Shown piece after piece: positions 28,637 to 38,794 of a DNA stretch of 64,000 bases (position 1 is its first letter; every line of letters begins with the position of its first letter). Location: positions 1,472,001-1,536,000 of the forward strand of contig OZ253462.1 in NCBI GenBank assembly GCA_965261395.1, in the 5' to 3' direction. A model generated the notes under the pieces. It was given only the letters and a program-made list of their open reading frames with translations, was not told where the DNA came from and searched no databases. The position numbers and the translations under genes are program-made. This stretch comes from Candidatus Latescibacterota bacterium (GTDB lineage Bacteria; Latescibacterota; UBA2968; UBA8231).

Positions 28637-29765
28637 GCCATTTCTCATAGCTGTTTTATGCGGCATTTTCCTCGTGTTTCCCAATGCATGTAACGGCGAA
28701 GACCCGATGAGTAGTCCAGATAAAGACCCAATGGATTCACTATATACCGTAGGCGTCTATTACTACCCCTGGTACAGCGGTGATTTTCACGGTGGCCGCT
28801 ATATGCGCAAAGAGCTGATACCGCCGCAGTTGCCGATGCTGGGCGAGTACGACGATCGCCATCCCGCTGTGATCGCCCAGCATCTCAAGTGGAGCCGACA
28901 GGCCAATATCTCGCTGTGGGTGGCGAGTTGGTGGGGGCCCGATTCGCGCGAAGATCAGACTCTGCTACAGCGCATTCTGCCGAACGATGAATTAGGTGAT
29001 ATGCAGATTGCGCTGTTTTATGAGACTACAGGACGCACAAGGGAGTTTTCAGCGTTCAACCGTGTCGCACCGGACATCGCCCATATTGCCGAACGCTATT
29101 TCAACCACCCCAATTATCTGCGGATCGATGGACGTCCGGTGCTTTTTGTCTATTTGACGCGGGTACTCTCGCGCAATGGGACGTTGGCCGAGGTGGTGGA
29201 GGCGATGCGTGTAACGGCCAGAGAGGCGGGACACGACATATACATCGTCGGCGATGAGGTTTTTGGCCAACCGTCGGCGTCTTCTGAGGCTGTTGGGCTA
29301 CTGGATGCCGTGACGAATTACGACGTGTACGGCAGTATGGGAGCAAAGGGTTATGCAGGACAGGCGGCCGTGGATTGGTATTATGCGGCGCAGGCGGGTT
29401 GGCGGGAGCTGGCTCATGCTGAAGGGACAGCATTTATACCCGCTACGACACCAGGATTTAACGACAAAGGTGTGCGCAATGGACATGAGGCTGTCTCGCG
29501 GAAGTTGAGTGAGGAAGCCGAATTTGGATCGCTATTTCGGGCGATGCTGGCGCAGGCTGTAGAGTATGCGGATGAGTCAACGGGGCGAATACTGATGGTT
29601 ACTTCGTGGAATGAGTGGCATGAGGATACACAGATTGAGCCGGTTGAAAAGGGGGGAGTGACTCGGTTGGATGGCAGCGAGACGGGGGAGGCGTTTAGTG
29701 AGGGATTGGGTTATGAGGGATATGGGGAGCGGTATTTGGAAATATTAAGGGATGGGACAGAGTAG
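28623..29765 (+). CDS. Exported glycoside hydrolase family 99-like protein
   Basis: YYYPWY, SWWG, PGFND and TSWNEWHEDTQIEP (GH99 catalytic ExxE-type motif). Confidence 0.8.
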   Translation: MFFIRPFLIAVLCGIFLVFPNACNGEDPMSSPDKDPMDSLYTVGVYYYPWYSGDFHGGRYMRKELIPPQLPMLGEYDDRHPAVIAQHLKWSRQANISLWVASWWGPDSREDQTLLQRILPNDELGDMQIALFYETTGRTREFSAFNRVAPDIAHIAERYFNHPNYLRIDGRPVLFVYLTRVLSRNGTLAEVVEAMRVTAREAGHDIYIVGDEVFGQPSASSEAVGLLDAVTNYDVYGSMGAKGYAGQAAVDWYYAAQAGWRELAHAEGTAFIPATTPGFNDKGVRNGHEAVSRKLSEEAEFGSLFRAMLAQAVEYADESTGRILMVTSWNEWHEDTQIEPVEKGGVTRLDGSETGEAFSEGLGYEGYGERYLEILRDGTE

Positions 29766-29805
29766 ATATGAACCGCATACACGAAGCCAACCGTCGGCTG
29801 TGGAA
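29765..29805 (+). repeat. 41-bp direct repeat, copy 1 (5' end of the methyltransferase gene at 37175)
   Basis: 40 of 41 identical to 37172-37212. Confidence 0.9.
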
Positions 29806-29824
29806 GCGCAAGTGCCAATGCCCC

Positions 29825-31432
29825 TCACCCGCCCCGGCGCAGCACCTGCCCGCCCCGCGCCCCGGTCCACGCCCCGTCTTCGAGTGTGGGCACGCCGTTG
29901 ACCAGCACGTGGACCATGCCCCGGGCAGTGAGATTAGGCGCGGCGACCGTGCCCCGTTCGCGGAAGGTCTGGCCGTCGAACACCGCTAGGTCGGCCCAAG
30001 CGCCCGGGCGGATCGTCCCCCGGTCTTTTAGACCGAGGCGGCCGGCCGGCAGCCCGGTGAGACGGTGGACGGCCGCCTCCGGGGACAAAAGACCCGTATC
30101 GCGCACAAAATGCCGAAAAAACCAGCCCGCCCAGGTATAGGCCCCGTGGAAGACAGCCCCCTGTAGCGGACCGTCGGGGCACAGGGCCGTGGCGTCCGAG
30201 CCGACCATGCAGCGCGGGTGGGTGAACACCCGGCGCACCTCGTCTTCTCGGTAGCAAAAGGCTAGGATCATCGGCTCGTGGACCCGGTCCTGCGCCGCCA
30301 GCAACAACTCGCAGATAAGGTCGACGGGCTCCAGCCCCATATCCCGGCCAATATCGGCCAGACTCTGTCCGGCCAGCTCGGGACGGGGCCCGTACTGCGA
30401 CAGGAGAATCCGCTGCCAATCGCCCTGGGCCAGCCCCGCCACAATACTGCGGTACGCCCCCACTCGCCGCCGCACCTCGGGATCGCGCAGCCGCACCGCC
30501 ACTGCGGCCTGATCGCCCTCCAGCACCTCGGGCGGCAGCGCCGCGCTCAGATTCGTCGTGCCGAACAACCGCGTGTGCATATCGAAGTCCACGTCCAGCC
30601 CGGCCCGCCGCGCCCGGTCCACCTGCTCCAGGGCCCCGTCCACGGCTCGGACGCCGTCTGCGGCCAGCCGCGCCACCACTGAGATATGGGAAATCTGCAG
30701 GGCCACGCCCGCGGTTTGAGCCGTGCGGATGGCCTCGGCAATGGTCTCCTGGTCCTCGCCCGCCCGATTGCGCGTATGGGTGGCGTACAAGCCCCCGCAC
30801 TCGGCCACCACGCCGCACAACTCGGCGATCTTCTCCTCGGAGCAGGCCCGCTCCGGCCCGTATTCCAGACCCGTGGAAAAGCCAAAGGCGCCCTCCTCCA
30901 AGCTCGCCTGCAGCAGCTTTTTCATGCGCCTCAACTCATCCGGTGTGGAAGGCCGGTCCACCAGACCGGCCACGGCCAGGCGCAGCCGACCGTTGGGCAC
31001 CAAGGTCAGCACGTTGAGCGCCGGCCGGCGCTCTTGCAGCCGTTCGAGGTACTGGCCCATGCTGCGCCAGTCAATGGGATAGTCGGCAGCGTACCCGTAC
31101 ACATTCATCCGGGCGGTGGTCGGATCGGCCAGGGGGGCGCAGCCGTGGCCGCAGTTGCCCACCACTTCGAGGGTCACCCCCTGGGCAATCGAACTCATCG
31201 CCCGAGGGTCGGCCAGCAAAGTAAAATCGGAATGACTGTGGATGTCGATAAAACCCGGCGCGACCCACAGACCCGCCGCCTCCAGCACCCGATCCGCGGT
31301 CCCGGACCAGCGAGGTCCCACGCACGCAATGCGGCCGTCTTTGATCGCCACATCCGCGCTCAGGGGCGCTTTGCCCGTGCCGTCGATTACGGTGCCGCCC
31401 CTGATGAGCAGATCCGCTGGCGCCGGGCTCAT
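29825..31432 (-). CDS. N-acyl-D-amino-acid deacylase family amidohydrolase
   Basis: APGFIDIHSHSD, GNCG, GFSTGLEY, GSDA and ADLAVFD motifs. Confidence 0.92.
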   Translation of the reverse strand: MSPAPADLLIRGGTVIDGTGKAPLSADVAIKDGRIACVGPRWSGTADRVLEAAGLWVAPGFIDIHSHSDFTLLADPRAMSSIAQGVTLEVVGNCGHGCAPLADPTTARMNVYGYAADYPIDWRSMGQYLERLQERRPALNVLTLVPNGRLRLAVAGLVDRPSTPDELRRMKKLLQASLEEGAFGFSTGLEYGPERACSEEKIAELCGVVAECGGLYATHTRNRAGEDQETIAEAIRTAQTAGVALQISHISVVARLAADGVRAVDGALEQVDRARRAGLDVDFDMHTRLFGTTNLSAALPPEVLEGDQAAVAVRLRDPEVRRRVGAYRSIVAGLAQGDWQRILLSQYGPRPELAGQSLADIGRDMGLEPVDLICELLLAAQDRVHEPMILAFCYREDEVRRVFTHPRCMVGSDATALCPDGPLQGAVFHGAYTWAGWFFRHFVRDTGLLSPEAAVHRLTGLPAGRLGLKDRGTIRPGAWADLAVFDGQTFRERGTVAAPNLTARGMVHVLVNGVPTLEDGAWTGARGGQVLRRGG

Positions 31433-33168
31433 GTGCTCTCGGCTGTTCGCGTCGCTGCCCGCTGCGCCCGCAGGGCGGCCGTAGCCTCGCGGTCCACGGT
31501 TAGGGACCCGTCGAGCACCACCCCGTACTGGTCCCGGGCCGCGGCGAGCGAAACCTTGTCGTTGCCCACGTCCCGGGCCACGGCCTCGGGGTCGCGCTCC
31601 AGCGGGTCGCCCCAACCGCCGCCGCCGGCTTGGCGGTGGTAGATCACTTCGCCGGCGGCTATGGTGGTGGATATCATCGTCGGCAGGGTCTCGGCCTCGC
31701 CGGCGCGGTACAGCGTATTGATCGAAGCCGTGCCGGTCCCGCCCCCGTACAGGCCGTAGGGCAGGTGGTCGCGCCGGTCCGAGCGGATGGCCAGGTGCGC
31801 CTGGCCATCGAGCAGGCGCCACGACCGCTCGATGGCTAGACCACCGCGGAAACGGCCCGGCCCGCCGCTGTCGCCCACCAGCCCATAGCGCTCCACCCGC
31901 ACCGGGTACTCGGATTCGGCCTGCTCCACGGGGATATTGCTGGCGACATTGGCCGGATTGCACAGCCCGTCGTTGCCGTCGCGGTCCGGCCGACCGCCCC
32001 AGGTCCCCGACAGCAGCTCGTAGTACACGTAGGGCTGGCGATCGGGCCGCTGCCCCCCGATAATCACCAGGGTATTGCCCCCTTCGCCAGCGGCCATGAC
32101 CCGATCGGGCAGCAGTCCGGCCAGAGCCCCGAAGATCGTATCGGCCAGGCGGAAGCCGGTGATGCCGCGCATGGACGAAGCCGCGGGCATGACTCCGTTG
32201 ACCACGGTGCCGGGCGGGGCGACAATATCGAGGGGGCGGAACATGCCCGCGGTGTTGGGGATATCCTCGCGCAGCACGGACCGCACGCACAGGGCCACCA
32301 CCGAAGACGTGAAGGAGAGCGTGTTGTTGATGGCCCCGCTCACCTGCGGAGCAGTGCCGGTGAAGTCGGCCCGCAGCTCGTCTCCCGCCACGGTGATCTC
32401 CACCTGCAAACGCACCGGCGGCCCTCCCACCCCGTCGCTGTCCATATAGTCGACAAAGGTGTGGCTGCCGTCGGGCCAGGAGGCGATTTCGGCCCGCACC
32501 AGCCGCTCGGTATAGTCGATCAGATCCGCGGTGCAGCGCGCAAAGGTGTCGGGGCCGTAGCGGCCGATCAACTCGCCTATGGCCCGGGCGCCGATGTGGC
32601 AGGCCGCTAGCTGGGCCCGCAAGTCTCCAATGGTCATCTGCGGTACCCGCACATTGGCGCGGATCAGGGCGAACAGGGCCTCGTCGGCCTCGCCCCGGCG
32701 GTAGAGCTTGAGCCAGGGGATGCGCAAACCTTCCTGAAAAATCTCCGTATTGTCGCAGGCCGAACTCCCCGGCAAACGACCGCCCATATCTAGGTGGTGG
32801 GCCGTGCTCACGGCAAAGGCCACGCGCTGGCCCTCCCAGAAGACGGGCTGGACAATGAAGATGTCCGGGATGTGCATGCCTCCTTCAAAAGGATCGTTGA
32901 GGATGAAGACATCGCCCTCTTCCACATCGTCGCCGTACTTGGCCAGCAGGGTCTCCATGGCAAAGGGCACCGCGCCCAAATGCAGCGGAATGGTGACGCC
33001 TTGGGCGATCATCTGGCCCTCGGCATCGCACAGGGAAGTCGAGTAGTCCAGACAGTCCCGCACAATGGTCGAATAGGCCGTGCGGTAGAGCGCCATGGCC
33101 ATTTCGTCGGCCGCCGAAGCTAGGGCGTTGCGCACGATTTCGCGCGTGATAGGATCTATGGCTGCCAT
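31429..33168 (-). CDS. Hydantoinase B/oxoprolinase family protein
   Basis: NDPFEGGMHIPD, HHLDMGG, EIFQEG, SGGPGRFRGG and GGGGWGDP motifs. Confidence 0.93.
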   Translation of the reverse strand: MAAIDPITREIVRNALASAADEMAMALYRTAYSTIVRDCLDYSTSLCDAEGQMIAQGVTIPLHLGAVPFAMETLLAKYGDDVEEGDVFILNDPFEGGMHIPDIFIVQPVFWEGQRVAFAVSTAHHLDMGGRLPGSSACDNTEIFQEGLRIPWLKLYRRGEADEALFALIRANVRVPQMTIGDLRAQLAACHIGARAIGELIGRYGPDTFARCTADLIDYTERLVRAEIASWPDGSHTFVDYMDSDGVGGPPVRLQVEITVAGDELRADFTGTAPQVSGAINNTLSFTSSVVALCVRSVLREDIPNTAGMFRPLDIVAPPGTVVNGVMPAASSMRGITGFRLADTIFGALAGLLPDRVMAAGEGGNTLVIIGGQRPDRQPYVYYELLSGTWGGRPDRDGNDGLCNPANVASNIPVEQAESEYPVRVERYGLVGDSGGPGRFRGGLAIERSWRLLDGQAHLAIRSDRRDHLPYGLYGGGTGTASINTLYRAGEAETLPTMISTTIAAGEVIYHRQAGGGGWGDPLERDPEAVARDVGNDKVSLAAARDQYGVVLDGSLTVDREATAALRAQRAATRTAEST

Positions 33169-33188
33169 CGCTTCACACTCTTCCCTCT

Positions 33189-35276
33189 CTAGCTGGAGCG
33201 CACTTCGATGAGGAGGTGGCCCAGATAGTGCCGCCGGGCGCGCATATCCGGCGGCACTACAATGGTGGAATCGCACTCGTCGATGAGCAGGGGTCCCTCG
33301 GCTCCCTGGTCGAGGTCCCGGCGGTCGACCAGGGGGACGGCCAAGGTCTCGCCGGCGAAATAGGCCATCCGACTGCCCCCACCCGCAACTGGCTGGACCG
33401 CTGTTTCCAAGCCATGGCCCAGACCTCGCACTCCGGCCTGGCCGACCAGACGCACGGCCACCACTTCCACGGGGTTGTCCGGGTCGGAGCGATGCCCGTA
33501 TAGGCGCTCGTGCTCGCGCACAAAGTCGGCGCGCAAGCGGGCCACTCCCTCCGGGCTTATGGGCCCGTCGGCCAGGTCGACGCCGATCTCCGAGGTCTGC
33601 CCCCTAAAGCGCACGTCGGCACTGCAGCGCAGCCCGACCTGGTCGGCCCCGAACCCCTCGGCGGCGAACTGGGCCAACTGCCGCTCCTGCATCCGGACCC
33701 GGATCTGCTCTAGGGCCGGGGCCTGAAGATCCTCCCCCCCCAGCAGGCAACTGCGCACATCGTGGTGCTCCACCCCCGAACACAAAAGCCCCAGGGCGCT
33801 GAACAGACCCGGCAGCGGCGGCACCACGACCTGACCAATGGCCAGGTCCCGAGCCAGGCCCGCGGCGTGGATGGGTCCGGCCCCGCCAAAAGCCATCAGA
33901 GCGAAGTCGCGCGGATCCCGCCCCCGCTCGGTGGACACGGCCCTCAGGGCCCGCATAGTGCGGGCGTTGGCAATGCGGTGGATGCCTTCGGCCGCCTGCA
34001 GCAAATCCAGTCCGAGGGGCGCGGCAATGCGGTCGTGCACCGCCCGCTGCGCAGCCTCCGCGTCGATCGATACCTCGCCGTCGGCCAGGTCCCCGGGGCG
34101 GATATAGCCCAGCACCACATTGGCGTCGGTGAGCGTCGGCTCGAGCCCCCCCCGCTGGTAGCAGGCCGGCCCCGGCACGGCCCCGGCGCTGCGCGGCCCC
34201 ACCCGCAAACCGCCGGCCTGGTCCAAAAAGGCGATGCTACCACCTCCTACCCCCACTTCGGCGATATCGATGCTGGGCGCCCGGATCAACTCGCCCCCGC
34301 CGCCGATGAGCCGGTTGCCCGCGGACAGCGAGGCGCCCACCTCGTACTCGGGGCTGTAGGCGATGCGGCCCTCTTCGATCATGGCGGCCTTGGCTGTGGT
34401 GCCGCCCATATCCAGGGTGATGACCTGGTCTAATCCCAGCTGGCCGGCGGCGAAACTGGCGCCTAGGACCCCGGCCGCGGGACCCGATTCGAGGGCAAAG
34501 ACCGGCCGGCTGGCCGCCTCCCAGTCCGCGGCCAGCCCGCCGGTCGACTGCATGATCAGCAGCGGCGCGTCCACGCCGCGCTGCTCCAGCCCGTGGCGCA
34601 GGGCGCCCAGATAGCGCTGCATCACGGGCTGGACATAGGCGTTGACCGCGGTGGTGGCGCTGCGCTCGTACTCGCGGCGCTCGGGCAGCACTTCCGACGA
34701 CAGCGACACCGGCACCTCGGGCAAGCGCTCGCGCAAATATTGTCCTAGGCGGAGTTCGTGCTGCGGAAAGGCGTACGCGTGCAGCAGGCATACGGCCACT
34801 GCCTCTACCCCCTCGGCCTCTACCCGCTCGGCGAGCCGCTCGAGTTCTCGCTCTTCGAGGGACACCAGGACCTCGCCGTCGGCCGCCACCCGCTCGTCCA
34901 CTTCGAGGCGCAGGCGGCGCTCGATCAGGGGCCGGGGTTTGTCGAAGAACAAATCGTAGAGCTGGGGGGCCCGGACGCGGCGCAGTTCCAGCACATCGCG
35001 GAAACCCCGGGTGGTGATCAGGGCCGTGCGTGCGCCCCGGTGTTCGAGCACCGCGTTGGTGGCCACTGTGGTGCCGTGCGCTACCTCGGACACGGCCTGG
35101 TCCGCAGCGCTGAAGCGGGGTATGAGCTGGTCGAGGGCAGCTAGCACGGCGCGCTCGAAATGGGGAGGGGTCGACGGCACTTTGTGGGTCCAGATGCCGC
35201 CCTGATCGTCGAGGGCCACCACGTCGGTGAAAGTGCCTCCCACATCGGCACCAATGCGGATAGTAGAGCGGGTCAT
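33189..35276 (-). CDS. Hydantoinase A/oxoprolinase family protein
   Basis: DVGGTFTD, HGTTVATNA, ESGPAAG, DMGGTT and FGGAGPIH motifs. Confidence 0.95.
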   Translation of the reverse strand: MTRSTIRIGADVGGTFTDVVALDDQGGIWTHKVPSTPPHFERAVLAALDQLIPRFSAADQAVSEVAHGTTVATNAVLEHRGARTALITTRGFRDVLELRRVRAPQLYDLFFDKPRPLIERRLRLEVDERVAADGEVLVSLEERELERLAERVEAEGVEAVAVCLLHAYAFPQHELRLGQYLRERLPEVPVSLSSEVLPERREYERSATTAVNAYVQPVMQRYLGALRHGLEQRGVDAPLLIMQSTGGLAADWEAASRPVFALESGPAAGVLGASFAAGQLGLDQVITLDMGGTTAKAAMIEEGRIAYSPEYEVGASLSAGNRLIGGGGELIRAPSIDIAEVGVGGGSIAFLDQAGGLRVGPRSAGAVPGPACYQRGGLEPTLTDANVVLGYIRPGDLADGEVSIDAEAAQRAVHDRIAAPLGLDLLQAAEGIHRIANARTMRALRAVSTERGRDPRDFALMAFGGAGPIHAAGLARDLAIGQVVVPPLPGLFSALGLLCSGVEHHDVRSCLLGGEDLQAPALEQIRVRMQERQLAQFAAEGFGADQVGLRCSADVRFRGQTSEIGVDLADGPISPEGVARLRADFVREHERLYGHRSDPDNPVEVVAVRLVGQAGVRGLGHGLETAVQPVAGGGSRMAYFAGETLAVPLVDRRDLDQGAEGPLLIDECDSTIVVPPDMRARRHYLGHLLIEVRSS

Positions 35277-36928
35277 GGGCGCGGTATCACCGGCAGGATC
35301 AGGTAGGAGGGATGGGCTCGGTCGTGGTAGATCCGCTGCCGGGCCACTTGCATCTCGTCGTCCAAACCGTGCGGATGGCCGGTGTTGAGGTTGCGGTCAA
35401 AGCGCGGGAAATTGCTGCTGGAGACCTCCAGCCGGATGCAGTGCCCGGCCCGGAAGAGATTGCTGGTCTCCCACAGCTCGATCCGATAGACGTACACCTG
35501 ACCTGGTTCGATGGGACTGGGGTCTTGGTAGGAGTCGCGGAAGCAGGTCCGCACAATGCCCTCGCACAAGTGGATGGCCTTGCCCCCGGGGCGCACGTCG
35601 ACCAGGGCGGCGGTAAAATCGGTCTCCACCGCGCTGGAGGCTGCGTGCAGCACCAATTCCACCGGCCCGGTAACTTCCACGTCCGCGGCCAGCGGCTCGG
35701 TGGTGTAGACCAGCACGTCGTCGCGCCGCTCCACCGGCCGGCGGTCCTTGGGTCCGGTGTTGTCGATGAACATGCTCTGTCCCCCCAGGGTGGGCACTGG
35801 GTCGTCCGGATCGTAGGCATAGCCGTCGCACGGCTCGTCCCCGGGCTCCTGGTGGCTCAGCCGTCCATTGCCGTGCACCGAGTTGGCCCGCCCTCCGCTG
35901 TGCAAAAAGAAGCGGGTGTACTGGGTCCGCTTTAGGGGCCACGCCTCTTCGCCCCGCCAAACATTTTCCCCCATGACAAACAACTGCACCGGCGCCTCCC
36001 GGTCGATGCCGCTGTCCACGCCCTTGAGTCGCTGATCGTACCAGCGCAAATGCGCCTGCGGCATATCCACCCGGGCCGCGGGTCCAAAGTCCACATCGCC
36101 AAAGGGATCGTCGCTGCCGATCAGTGTATGGGTCCACGGCCCCACCATGAGGCGCGATTGCTCGCGGGCTTCCCGTCCCTTGGCCTGTTGCCGCCAGCCC
36201 TTGAAGCACTTGAAAACTTCGTGCAGCAAATTGTCGTACCAGCCCGTGATGAAATAGGCCGGCGTTTCCACCTCGCCGTACTGGCCCTTCATGCTGTGCG
36301 AAGCCCAGAACTCGTCGAAGCAGGGGTGGCGAATGATCTCCCGGTAGAAGGGCCGTTCGCCCAGGTCGTCGAGCGCCGTCAACAGCGGCAGGCGGCGGTA
36401 GACCCGATCCCAGTCGAGCAGATCCCTGGGGGCGTTCTGGTTGGTGCGCTGGCCCAGCCAGATGAAATTCATGGCGTTCTGCAGCTGCAAAACGCCGTTG
36501 TAGCGCATGTGGCCGTAGTTGTCCTCTTGGTTGGCGATAGGCACGATGGCTTTGACAAAAGGGCTGCGCAGCGGTGCCGGCAGGAGCTGGGTGAAACCCG
36601 GATAGGACACCCCAAAGGTGCCGATGGTGCCGTCGCACCAGGGCTGCTGTCCGATCCACTGCTGCGTATCGTACCCATCGTCTCGCTCGTCGACATAGGG
36701 GCGCCATTCGTCCTCCGACTCGTACCGGCCCCGGCTGTCCTGCATGAGCACGGCGTACCCTGCCGCCACAAAGCGCCGGGCCCACTCCACGTAGCGGGGA
36801 TGCTGGGTGCTGTAGGGCGAGCGGATCAGCAGCACGGGGAAGCGCTCCCCCGCGGCCGGCCGGTACAGGGCTCCGTAGAGCCGCACCCCGTCGCGCATGG
36901 GTATCGAAATATCGAGTTGAATGCGCAT
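35273..36928 (-). CDS. CocE/NonD-family hydrolase
   Basis: MRDGVRL, QDSRGR, GVSYPG, GWYD, GPWTH and SSNFPRFDRN motifs. Confidence 0.93.
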   Translation of the reverse strand: MRIQLDISIPMRDGVRLYGALYRPAAGERFPVLLIRSPYSTQHPRYVEWARRFVAAGYAVLMQDSRGRYESEDEWRPYVDERDDGYDTQQWIGQQPWCDGTIGTFGVSYPGFTQLLPAPLRSPFVKAIVPIANQEDNYGHMRYNGVLQLQNAMNFIWLGQRTNQNAPRDLLDWDRVYRRLPLLTALDDLGERPFYREIIRHPCFDEFWASHSMKGQYGEVETPAYFITGWYDNLLHEVFKCFKGWRQQAKGREAREQSRLMVGPWTHTLIGSDDPFGDVDFGPAARVDMPQAHLRWYDQRLKGVDSGIDREAPVQLFVMGENVWRGEEAWPLKRTQYTRFFLHSGGRANSVHGNGRLSHQEPGDEPCDGYAYDPDDPVPTLGGQSMFIDNTGPKDRRPVERRDDVLVYTTEPLAADVEVTGPVELVLHAASSAVETDFTAALVDVRPGGKAIHLCEGIVRTCFRDSYQDPSPIEPGQVYVYRIELWETSNLFRAGHCIRLEVSSSNFPRFDRNLNTGHPHGLDDEMQVARQRIYHDRAHPSYLILPVIPRP

Positions 36929-36932
36929 CCTC

Positions 36933-37019
36933 TCAGTACCCCTTGTCTTTGTCGATGAATCCCAAGAGGGGCTCGCCGGCGAGAAAGCGCCGCAGATTGT
37001 CGCAGAATACGCCCACGAT
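36933..37019 (-). pseudogene. C-terminal remnant of a D-2-hydroxyacid dehydrogenase-like gene
   Basis: Minus strand reads IVGVFCDNLRRFLAGEPLLGFIDKDKGY-stop; the rest of the gene is absent. Confidence 0.65.
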
Positions 37020-37171
37020 TAGACCGAACCGGTTGACCAGCCGACGAGCCAACTGATGGGCGCAGTCATGGCGACCCTCAAAAGCTTGGGCTTTACGACC
37101 TAAAGGCTGGGAGGTAATATACAGCTAGAAAGTGTCCATCAAAACCGGGGAAATACCACCGGATCAGAATT

Positions 37172-37212
37172 GATATGAACCGCATACACGAAGCCAACCG
37201 TCGGGTGTGGAA
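37172..37212 (+). repeat. 41-bp direct repeat, copy 2
   Basis: 40 of 41 identical to 29765-29805. Confidence 0.9.
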
Positions 37213-37972
37213 TGGTCAGGCCGCTAGCTGGGAAGAACGAAGCAATCGAGAAGATCGGTGGCACCGATGCCACATAGATCCTGATTTGGCGTTCGAAGGT
37301 GGAGCGCTTCAACTGATTCAGACGGTTTCTGACGGGTTAAGCAACAAAAAGGTGTGCGTTATCGGCAGCGGCGATAATATGGCAGCGTTCGCTCTTGCAG
37401 GCTTGGGTGCGCAAGTTACGTCGACGGACATTTCGGAAGAGCAATTAGCAACGGGGGCACGTAGAGCTGAGCAGCTTGGTTTGTCCATCTCATTCGTTCG
37501 CTCGGATGCCGCCTGTCAGGAATCGCTGGCCGATTCGAGCTTTGACCTCGTATGCTCGACCAACGGCTTTTTTGTGTGGATCGCCGATCTGGAAGCGGTT
37601 TTTAGTGAGGTCACGCGAATTCTAAAACCCGGTAGCTCTTACGTGTATTTCGATATCCACCCCTTTCAGCGACCCTGGAAGGATCAGGCGACCCCACTTG
37701 CAATGGAAAAGCCATATTGGTCCACAGGCCCATTTCAGTCGCAAGATCGAGACTCTTATGAATTCAACTGGACTTTGGCTGACCTCTTGAACCCAATGGC
37801 GGCGGTGGGGCTCATGTTGGTCAAGCTCTTGGAGAGTCCAGCTCGCGACACGCGGTATTGGCAGGGGTCTTCTCATAGCGATGGCATTGACGACACCTTG
37901 TTGGAGTGGAGTGAAAATTCCCGGGCTGGACTCCCCGTATGGCTGGCGGTTGCGGCGCGCAAGGTAGTTTAG
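37175..37972 (+). CDS. Class I SAM-dependent methyltransferase
   Basis: VCVIGSGD, TDISEEQL, SFDLV, RILKPG and DIHPF motifs. Confidence 0.88.
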   Translation: MNRIHEANRRVWNGQAASWEERSNREDRWHRCHIDPDLAFEGGALQLIQTVSDGLSNKKVCVIGSGDNMAAFALAGLGAQVTSTDISEEQLATGARRAEQLGLSISFVRSDAACQESLADSSFDLVCSTNGFFVWIADLEAVFSEVTRILKPGSSYVYFDIHPFQRPWKDQATPLAMEKPYWSTGPFQSQDRDSYEFNWTLADLLNPMAAVGLMLVKLLESPARDTRYWQGSSHSDGIDDTLLEWSENSRAGLPVWLAVAARKVV

Positions 37973-37979
37973 CGGAGAG

Positions 37980-38024
37980 GTCCAACCTGCTAGCGCAGGT
38001 TCGCAGCCCGAGCGAACGTTGGAG
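37980..38024 (+). repeat. Short attC-like site (GTCCAAC ... GTTGGAG)
   Basis: Complementary inverse core and core sites directly after a stop codon and before the next gene. Confidence 0.6.
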
Positions 38025-38067
38025 GCCAGTCAAATAGAGTCGTATGAATCGCCACTAGGAGCCTGTA

Positions 38068-38541
38068 ATGCTCAAAGTCCGTGCAGCGACTGTCGCTGAC
38101 GCCGGCACTATCTCCAGCTTGAACGATGAGGTTCAGAATGTTCATGCTGAGGCTTTGCCGCATCTTTTCAAGCCGGCATCGAGGGAGACCTTTTCGGCAG
38201 AGGAGATCACCGAAATTCTAACCGAGCCAGACAATCACATATTCTTGGCCTATTTTGGTGAGGAACCTGCGGGATATATCTATTGCGAAATTCGACATCG
38301 CGAGGAATCACCTGCTATGTATGCACGGAATCAGGTTTACATCCTCCACGTGTCGGTCAATCGCTCGCATCAGAGAAAGGGAGTTGCTACAGCACTGTTT
38401 TCTGCGGTTACGGCGCTGGCAAAGGATGTTGGTATTCGACGATTGGGGTTGGATGTCTGGTCGTTCAATGCAGATGCGATCGCCTTCTTTGAGCGCGAAG
38501 GATTCGAGATCGCCAGGCACATTATGATAAAGAATCTGTGA
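38068..38541 (+). CDS. GNAT-family acetyltransferase
   Basis: HQRKGVATAL and LDVWSFNADAIAFF motifs. Confidence 0.9.
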   Translation: MLKVRAATVADAGTISSLNDEVQNVHAEALPHLFKPASRETFSAEEITEILTEPDNHIFLAYFGEEPAGYIYCEIRHREESPAMYARNQVYILHVSVNRSHQRKGVATALFSAVTALAKDVGIRRLGLDVWSFNADAIAFFEREGFEIARHIMIKNL

Positions 38542-38589
38542 CCGGTGCCTAATTAATACAAGACCTTGACTCGTAAAGGAGTATCTGAC

Positions 38590-38748
38590 ATGAATGAGCG
38601 CGACTTTGACCAACTTGTATCCAGCGTCAAGCAAGCCGGAGCGATCAAGCGCGGCAAGATGAAGCCAAGGCGCAGAATCCAGATGGATGCAGCCGATATC
38701 AAGACGATCCGCAAGAAACGGTCCATTGCGCAACCGCAGCGCGGTTAG
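38590..38748 (+). pseudogene. Truncated HigA/NadS-type HTH antitoxin
   Basis: MNERDFDQLVSSVKQAGAIKRG...DIKTIRKK stops where the HTH should begin. Confidence 0.6.
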
Positions 38749-38794
38749 GGAACGTTATCAGCGACAGCAATGAGGAGGAGAGGATTTTGTCGAG

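Noticed and set aside
31433-32290. 821-aa version of the D-aminoacylase
   Set aside because: The extension overlaps hydantoinase B in another frame; family similarity starts at ATG 31432
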